DNA of 11,954 nucleotides from Elusimicrobiota bacterium (lineage in GTDB: Bacteria > Elusimicrobiota > Elusimicrobia > UBA1565), in NCBI GenBank assembly GCA_043827405.1, contig JBDRPD010000089.1, positions 1 to 11,954 of the forward strand, read 5' to 3'. A program made the position numbers and the translations under genes. Below are positions 7,059 through 11,954 of the stretch, piece after piece. The notes under the pieces were generated by a model. The model was not told where the DNA came from. It worked only from the letters and a program-made list of their open reading frames with translations, and ran no database searches. Positions within the stretch are counted from its first letter, which is position 1; the number at the start of each line of letters is the position of its first letter.

Positions 7059-7955
7059 ATGAATACGCGCATCTATCATAACGCGACTGAGCTCAAGGGC
7101 TTTTCCATCAAGAACTGCCCGTCCATGCCGCCCGCCGGCGCGGTGCTGATGTGCGAGCCGAAGTACTACACCGTCTCGGAAGGCCGCAACCCCTACATGA
7201 AAGCCAGTATCGGCAAGGTCGACACCCGGAAGGCGCAGGCCCAGTGGGAGGACCTGCGCGACGCCTTCAAGGAGCTCGGCTGCGGCGTCAGCTTTATCGA
7301 GCCCGTGGAGGGCTTCGAGGATATGGTGTTTACGGCGCATACGGTGTTTACCGGACTGTCCTGCCAGATGGATAAGATCTGCGTGCTCGGCCAGATGCGC
7401 CATCCGGCGCGGCGCGGGGAGGTGGCGCATTTCGCTAAGTGGTTCCGCCGCGCGGGCTACCGCGTCATTCAGCTCAAGGACGAGACGCTGACGTTCGAAG
7501 GGGCGGGCGACTGCTTATGGCATCCCGGCAAACGCCTGCTGTGGGGCGGCTACGGCTTCCGGACGGACCTGGAAGTCTACCCGGAGATCGCGCAGGCTTT
7601 CGAGGCTCCGGTGATCCAGCTCAAGCTCGTCAACGAGCGCTTCTATCATCTCTCCACCTGTTTCTGCCCGCTGACGCATGAGGCGGTGCTCGTCTACCCG
7701 TCGGCGTTTGCCCCCGAGAGCCTGGAGCTCATCCTGAAGCTGTTTCCGATCGTGCTGGCGGCGGAGGAGCTGGAAGCGGCCGCCAAGCTGCCCTGCAGCG
7801 CGGCGATCGTGGACTCGACCGTGCTCCTGCAGAAAGGCGCGGCGACCGCCCGGCGGCAGATCAAGGCGATCGGGCTTAAGACGCGCGAGACGGAGACCTC
7901 GGAGTTCATCAAGTCCGGCGGCTCATCCCACAGTTTAAAGATGCACCTGTACTGA
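7059..7955 (+). CDS. Amidinotransferase/dimethylarginine dimethylaminohydrolase (pentein) family protein with non-canonical active site
   Basis: VLMCEPKYYTV...NPYM, AQAQWEDL, DMVFTA, RHPARRGE, FEGAGD, GYGFRT, FYHLSTCFCPL and SEFIKSGGS form the pattern of ArgZ-N/CtlX/DDAH-like guanidino-modifying enzymes. Confidence 0.88.
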   Translation: MNTRIYHNATELKGFSIKNCPSMPPAGAVLMCEPKYYTVSEGRNPYMKASIGKVDTRKAQAQWEDLRDAFKELGCGVSFIEPVEGFEDMVFTAHTVFTGLSCQMDKICVLGQMRHPARRGEVAHFAKWFRRAGYRVIQLKDETLTFEGAGDCLWHPGKRLLWGGYGFRTDLEVYPEIAQAFEAPVIQLKLVNERFYHLSTCFCPLTHEAVLVYPSAFAPESLELILKLFPIVLAAEELEAAAKLPCSAAIVDSTVLLQKGAATARRQIKAIGLKTRETETSEFIKSGGSSHSLKMHLY

Positions 7956-7961
7956 CGTCCG

Positions 7962-8915
7962 ATGACCGCGCCGCGCGCCGCCGTCCTGCTGGCCGTGCTC
8001 CTGCTCCTTCCCGGCGGGCTCTTCGCGTCCGAAGAAATGCCGGCGAGCAAGGAGCACGATCCGCTCGCCGCCGTCCGTCCGCCGCGGGATAAGGTCTCGC
8101 GGCCGCTGCGCCAAGCGCTGCGCGATATGCAGCACGCCTACTGGACCACGGATTACGGCCGCCGGCTGCTGGCGCTGACGCGGGATATTCCCGTCGTCGA
8201 GCGCGGTCCGCAGCGGGGGGCGATGGTGCGCTTCGCCGACGGTGAGCGGCCGTCCTTTATCGTCGACCCCCACCAGTTCAAGAACGCCTCGCCGTTGGCG
8301 CTGGAAATAGCCTTCATCCTGGCGCGCGAGCACGCCCTGCTGCGCCCGCCGGTGCCGCTGCTGGACGCCGAGCTGGCGGCGCAGCAGACGGCGCTGCGCT
8401 ACGTTGTGCAGCGCGCCGTCGCCGCTCCGGAGTTCGCCGCCCGGCTGCGCCGGGCGACGCAAGCCGGGGAGAAGACGCTGCGGGCGCGCAAGAGCCGCTG
8501 GGAGTTTACCGAGGACAAGAACGCCGACGGGCGCCTGCTCTATCCCGGCAAGCGTCCGGCGGACGTGCTCGACCGTCTCGGCTTTGATCTCTACCTGTTC
8601 GCGGAGGACCCGCAGTTGTTCTACGCCGCGGTCGAGGAGTCGGCGCGGCTGCATGCCGATGCCGTGACCATGACCGAGCTGGAGGATTTTATCGAACGTT
8701 ACGGCGACCAGCTGGACCGGGGGCGTTTCAGCGCCGCCGGACGCTACGCGCTGATGGAACAGCGCGCTTATCCGGGCCGCGTCCTGCGCGCCGCCCGAAT
8801 CGTCGGCGACCGCGAAGGGCTGTCGCGCATCCGTGAGCGTCTGGGTCCGTTTCGCAGCGTGGGACAGGCCGAGCTGCTTAAGGAAGTCAACCGCTGGATC
8901 CGGGAGGGCAAGTGA
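7962..8915 (+). CDS. Exported hypothetical protein (317 aa)
   Basis: Signal peptide MTAPRAAVLLAVLLLLPGGLFA. It starts 6 nt after the upstream stop and its TGA overlaps the next GTG start, so it sits in an operon-like arrangement. Confidence 0.75.
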   Translation: MTAPRAAVLLAVLLLLPGGLFASEEMPASKEHDPLAAVRPPRDKVSRPLRQALRDMQHAYWTTDYGRRLLALTRDIPVVERGPQRGAMVRFADGERPSFIVDPHQFKNASPLALEIAFILAREHALLRPPVPLLDAELAAQQTALRYVVQRAVAAPEFAARLRRATQAGEKTLRARKSRWEFTEDKNADGRLLYPGKRPADVLDRLGFDLYLFAEDPQLFYAAVEESARLHADAVTMTELEDFIERYGDQLDRGRFSAAGRYALMEQRAYPGRVLRAARIVGDREGLSRIRERLGPFRSVGQAELLKEVNRWIREGK

Positions 8916-9697
8916 GCGCGATCGAACTGCACGTTCTGGGCTCGGGCAGCTTCGCGCCCTCGGCGCCGGGCCAGGCCGTGCGCAAAGACGAGGTGCGAAA
9001 CCCTCCCGGCTACGCGCTGCGTCTGGGCCGGGAGACGCTGCTGTTCGATTTCGGTTTCGGCTGCCTTCGCCAGCTGGTCCGGGCAGGTCTCAATCCGGAT
9101 GAGGTCAGCCATGTCTTCTTCACCCATCGGCACCCTGATCATGTCGGGGATCTGCCCGCGCTCCTCTTCTACTACCGCTACGACGGCAAACCGTACCGGA
9201 ACAAGCTCCAGGTGTACGGGCCGCGCGGATTCCGCAATTTCGTCAAGCACCTGACCAAGGCGCACCATCCCTGGCTGCGGCCGCGGGGTTTTCAGCTGGG
9301 CGTCACGGAACTGGAAGAGCCCGCTCTCGTCAAGGGCGGCGGCTGGCAGGTGCGGTGCCGGGAGGTGCCGCATACGACCGAGGCGCTCGCCTACCGTTTC
9401 GAGTCCGCCGGCCGCAGCGTCTGCTACTCCGGGGATACCGCCTATGACGAGGGGCTGGCCGGCTTCGCGGCGCAAGCCGATGTGTTTGTGCTGGAATGCG
9501 CGCTCGCCGACGATCAGCGGACGGACGGCCATATGCGCGTATCGGAAGCGCTTGAGCTCGCACGCCGCTCCCGGGCCAAACGGGTGCTGCTGAGCCATCT
9601 GTCTCCCTCCTCGGACCGGGCGCTGTCGCGCCGGCTGGCGGGCGAACGGAAAATCCGCAAGGCGGAGGACCTGCTGCGCGTCCGCATCGGCCGTTGA
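8912..9697 (+). CDS. Metallo-beta-lactamase-fold hydrolase, RNase Z/AtsA-ElaC-like
   Basis: VLGSG, LLFDFGFG, THRHPDHVGD (HxHxDH), VYGP, VPHT, YSGDT, LEC, GHM and LSHL: all expected metal ligands are present. It has no obvious long RNase Z exosite arm. Confidence 0.88.
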   Translation: MSAIELHVLGSGSFAPSAPGQAVRKDEVRNPPGYALRLGRETLLFDFGFGCLRQLVRAGLNPDEVSHVFFTHRHPDHVGDLPALLFYYRYDGKPYRNKLQVYGPRGFRNFVKHLTKAHHPWLRPRGFQLGVTELEEPALVKGGGWQVRCREVPHTTEALAYRFESAGRSVCYSGDTAYDEGLAGFAAQADVFVLECALADDQRTDGHMRVSEALELARRSRAKRVLLSHLSPSSDRALSRRLAGERKIRKAEDLLRVRIGR

Positions 9698-9722
9698 AAG
9701 AAGCGGCGGCAGGGGTTATACT
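9694..9722 (+). promoter_or_regulatory. Sigma70-type promoter TTGAAA-N17-TATACT, 6 nt upstream of ATG 9729 (leaderless)
   Basis: TTGAAA at 9694-9699, a 17-nt spacer, TATACT at 9717-9722 and ATG at 9729. No SD is present. Confidence 0.65.
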
Positions 9723-9728
9723 GAAAGC

Positions 9729-10232
9729 ATGACGGGACTACGCCTCACCGCCGCGGCCGGAGCTTTCACCCTGCTCGTCGCCGGCCTCTCGCCGCTTCCC
9801 GCGGCCGCCAAAGAGAAGAGCAGCAAGGCCCGCAATACGCAGTATATCTCTCCGTCCCAGGAAGGCCGCGCCCAATATAAGTTCGACCAGTCCGGCCGGC
9901 CCATTAAGCCTGAGGATCAAAAGAAGCAGGAGAAGGCGAAGAAGGAGAAGAAGCAGGCGAAGAAGGGCAAGAAATGGGCTAGCCAGCCGGGAAAGCGCCG
10001 GCCGAACAGCGCCCGCTCCGCCCCGGTGGAGCAGGATCCCGCTGATGTGGTCGAGGAAGACGGTGAGGCCGAGCCCGAGCCCCAGGCGGGCGGCGCGAGT
10101 GAGCCCGAGCCCCAGGCGGGCGGCGCGGGTGATCCCGATTCCCAGGCGGGCGGCGCGCCTCCGGACTCCGAGCCCCCCGCGGAGGATGGTGGTCAGGTCA
10201 CGTTCGGCGGTATCCCCCCGCAGGGACAGTAG
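9729..10232 (+). CDS. Exported low-complexity, probably disordered protein (Lys-rich then acidic Pro/Gly repeat tail)
   Basis: Signal peptide MTGLRLTAAAGAFTLLVAGLSPLPAAA, followed by KKQEKAKKEKKQAKKGKK and EPEPQAGGA repeats. It has a good upstream promoter. Confidence 0.75.
   Translation: MTGLRLTAAAGAFTLLVAGLSPLPAAAKEKSSKARNTQYISPSQEGRAQYKFDQSGRPIKPEDQKKQEKAKKEKKQAKKGKKWASQPGKRRPNSARSAPVEQDPADVVEEDGEAEPEPQAGGASEPEPQAGGAGDPDSQAGGAPPDSEPPAEDGGQVTFGGIPPQGQ
10071..10160 (+). repeat. In-frame tandem repeat, 3 x 30 bp
   Basis: GAGCCCGAGCCCCAGGCGGGCGGCGCGAGT / GAGCCCGAGCCCCAGGCGGGCGGCGCGGGT / GATCCCGATTCCCAGGCGGGCGGCGCGCCT, encoding EPEPQAGGAS / EPEPQAGGAG / DPDSQAGGAP. Confidence 0.95.
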
Positions 10233-10247
10233 GGATTCCGGCAGCGC

Positions 10248-10451
10248 ATGAGGCAGAGACGAGCCTACCGCTGGATGCTGTTCTTCGTCGCTTTCATCTG
10301 CTTCCTCTATTTTGTCTTCCACGACAACGACTCGCTGTGGGCGCTGGGCCTGTTCTTCCTCTCCGGCGGGCTGTGGTACTGGCTGGAGCGGCGCAAGATG
10401 TGCGAGCTGGACGCCATGATCCAGCATCCCCCGACGGACCATCCTTCGTAA
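10248..10451 (+). CDS. Small membrane protein (67 aa, two predicted TM helices)
   Basis: Basic N-terminus RQRRAYR, hydrophobic WMLFFVAFICFLYFVF and LWALGLFFLSGGLWYW, basic ERRK after helix 2. Third codon positions are GC-rich. Confidence 0.7.
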   Translation: MRQRRAYRWMLFFVAFICFLYFVFHDNDSLWALGLFFLSGGLWYWLERRKMCELDAMIQHPPTDHPS

Positions 10452-10506
10452 TTCCTTCGTGCTTCCCGTTTCGGCGGGGCTACACTATGGTCGACGGGAG
10501 GAGACC

Positions 10507-11280
10507 ATGGAAAAGTGCCCCGACAAAGTCGCCGCCTACCTGACCCACGAACTGCGCTCTCCGCTGCAGGCGCTGCGCTTCGCTTTGGAGCTCCTGAATA
10601 AGGACCTTGAAGACGGCGCCAGCGAAAAGAACAAGCGGATTCTCGACGCGGCGCTGCTGGCGACCGACCGCATGCGGTCGCATATCGACGACATACTCGA
10701 GATGTCCCGCGTCCAAATGGGGCAGACGCGGCTGGAGCGCCAGGTCTGTTCCCCGGGCGAGCTGGCGATGGAGACCGGCCGCTACTATGAGGCCTGGGCT
10801 GAGCGCAAGTGGCTGCGGCTGAAGGTTGTCGTTGAGGAAGGCTGTCCGGAAGTCACCGCCGATCCCCGGCGGGTCGTTCAGGCCCTGACCAATCTGCTCA
10901 CCAATGCCATCAAATACACGCCGGCGGGCGGCACGGTCGAGATCCGCGTCCGCCGCGGCCGGCGCGACGAAGCGGGCTTCGTCCTCTTTACCGTGCGCGA
11001 TACCGGCTGCGGCATCGCGGCGGAGGATTTGCCGCGCGTTTTCCGCTATTTCGCGCAGGGAGACGGCGAAATCGACGGCGCCGGTTTGGGCCTGCCGCTG
11101 GCGCGCTCTTTTGTCGAACTGCAGGGCGGCAAGATGTGGGCCAAAAGCCGCAAAGGCGAGGGCACGGCGTTTTACTTCACCCTGCCGGTGCATATTCCCG
11201 CGGCGGAGCCGCCGCTAAGCCGGCCGGCCGGCAATTCAGCTGAGTCAACAAGTCAACGCCCGGCACCGCCGGTTAGTTAG
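10507..11280 (+). CDS. Soluble sensor-less histidine kinase (HisKA + HATPase_c)
   Basis: ATG 10507 is preceded by GGAGG (10497-10501). H-box THELRSPL, N-box QALTNLLTNAIKYT, G1 VRDTGCGI, F-box RVFRYF, G2 GAGLGLPLA. Confidence 0.92.
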   Translation: MEKCPDKVAAYLTHELRSPLQALRFALELLNKDLEDGASEKNKRILDAALLATDRMRSHIDDILEMSRVQMGQTRLERQVCSPGELAMETGRYYEAWAERKWLRLKVVVEEGCPEVTADPRRVVQALTNLLTNAIKYTPAGGTVEIRVRRGRRDEAGFVLFTVRDTGCGIAAEDLPRVFRYFAQGDGEIDGAGLGLPLARSFVELQGGKMWAKSRKGEGTAFYFTLPVHIPAAEPPLSRPAGNSAESTSQRPAPPVS

Positions 11281-11288
11281 TCCCGCCG

Positions 11289-11313
11289 GGAACTTTATTC
11301 CCTTCCGCGCGTA
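11289..11313 (+). promoter_or_regulatory. Candidate ECF-sigma promoter GGAAC-N16-CGTA
   Basis: GGAAC at 11289-11293 and CGTA at 11310-11313 lie in the intergenic region upstream of ATG 11388. This matches the AAC...CGT geometry typical of ECF promoters. Confidence 0.4.
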
Positions 11314-11387
11314 GTTTCTAGATCGAGCCGCTGGGTCTTTATGGAAATGCGTGCTTGAATAGGTGTTCGCTTAATGGGGAGAGTGCT

Positions 11388-11954
11388 ATGAGATATTCGG
11401 TGGTCGCCGGAATGCTGTGTTTGTCTTTGGCCGCGGGCTCGGAGTTGCGCGCGCAGGATGAGGAGTTCGATATGCCGGCGCCGGCGAAGAAAGCCGTCGC
11501 CGCCAAAAATCAGAAAAGACCTTCGAACCACGGACAAGTGACGGCGGCCGACAAGAGCGGCCGCCTTACCGTCCGCCGCAAGGACGGGAAGATCGAGACG
11601 CTGCAGGTAACTCGTGAGACCCGGCTGACGCGCGGCGGCAAGTACCGCCCGATCAAGCTGGCCGCTATCACGAAAGGACAGTGGATTCATTACGACGGCA
11701 AGAACGGCAAGGCGAGCCACGTGCACCTCAACGTCTATCCCGAGGATAAGCGCGTCGAGCCGAGCAAGAGCAAGCCCGCCCCCGGCCGCAAGCCCGCTCC
11801 GGCCATGATGGAAGCCGAGGATGATCCGGCGCTGGACGAAGGCGCCGAGGCCGAGACTTCCGCGCCGCCGCCGGTTGAGCCGGCGGACAACTCGTGGGAA
11901 GATGAGGGAGAGACTCCTTCCGCCCCGCCCGCGAGCGAGATGGAAGAGACCACG
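11388..11954 (+). CDS. Exported protein with small beta-barrel (DUF5666/OB-fold-like) domain and acidic Pro-rich tail; partial at the right edge
   Basis: My own translation is open for 189 codons: MRYSVVAGMLCLSLAAGSELRA (signal)-QDEEF...NHGQVTAADKSGRLTVRRKDGKIETLQVTRETRLTRGGKYRPIKLAAITKGQWIHY...EAEDDPALDEGAEAETSAPPP. GGAG lies upstream. It is absent from the track because there is no stop in the window. Confidence 0.75.
   Translation, partial: MRYSVVAGMLCLSLAAGSELRAQDEEFDMPAPAKKAVAAKNQKRPSNHGQVTAADKSGRLTVRRKDGKIETLQVTRETRLTRGGKYRPIKLAAITKGQWIHYDGKNGKASHVHLNVYPEDKRVEPSKSKPAPGRKPAPAMMEAEDDPALDEGAEAETSAPPPVEPADNSWEDEGETPSAPPASEMEETT

Noticed and set aside
10071..10160. 30-bp repeats as a possible CRISPR array
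   Set aside because: The units are directly tandem with no unique spacers, lie in frame within a CDS, and no cas genes are nearby.
10459..10506. GTG start at 10459 for the histidine kinase
   Set aside because: It has no SD, whereas ATG 10507 has a well-spaced GGAGG.
11243..11280. AGTCAAC x2 (period 8) and GTTAG x2 at the end of the kinase gene as a response-regulator box
   Set aside because: The repeats are short, lie inside the coding tail, and their spacing does not match the roughly 10-11 bp period of OmpR-type sites. Chance cannot be excluded.
7694..11953. Minus-strand ORFs such as 7935..8654, 8768..9598, 9738..10442, 10480..11193 and 11295..11726
   Set aside because: They are antisense to well-supported plus-strand genes and have no recognisable motifs.

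Overview
GC-rich bacterial chromosomal window with about 12 CDS and no rRNA, tRNA, CRISPR array or mobile element that I can see. The gene style, with many exported hypothetical proteins, resembles Elusimicrobiota-type genomes, but that is only an impression. The minus-strand block, read in transcription order, encodes an exported FlgT-C-like/FG-GAP protein (5706-4324), a bifunctional PBP1B with a UB2H-like region (4323-1996), an exported CbiX/SirB-like chelatase-fold protein (1934-960) and a MacA/HlyD-type periplasmic adaptor running off the left edge (963-<1, absent from the ORF track). The divergent plus-strand block encodes a divergent PlsC-like acyltransferase-fold protein, an amidinotransferase/DDAH-fold protein, an exported hypothetical protein, an MBL-fold (RNase Z/AtsA-like) hydrolase, an exported low-complexity repeat protein, a 2-TM small protein, a sensor-less histidine kinase and a partial exported OB-fold-like protein at the right edge (also absent from the track). 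Three signals stand out. First, several recognisable enzyme folds carry substituted catalytic residues: Cys->Ser and HLD->HLS in the amidinotransferase, and loss of both conserved His in the CbiX-like protein. Second, the adaptor has almost no alpha-helical hairpin. Third, several promoters have leaderless geometry, including a back-to-back pair in a 36-bp intergenic gap. All family calls come from motif recognition by eye; no searches were run.
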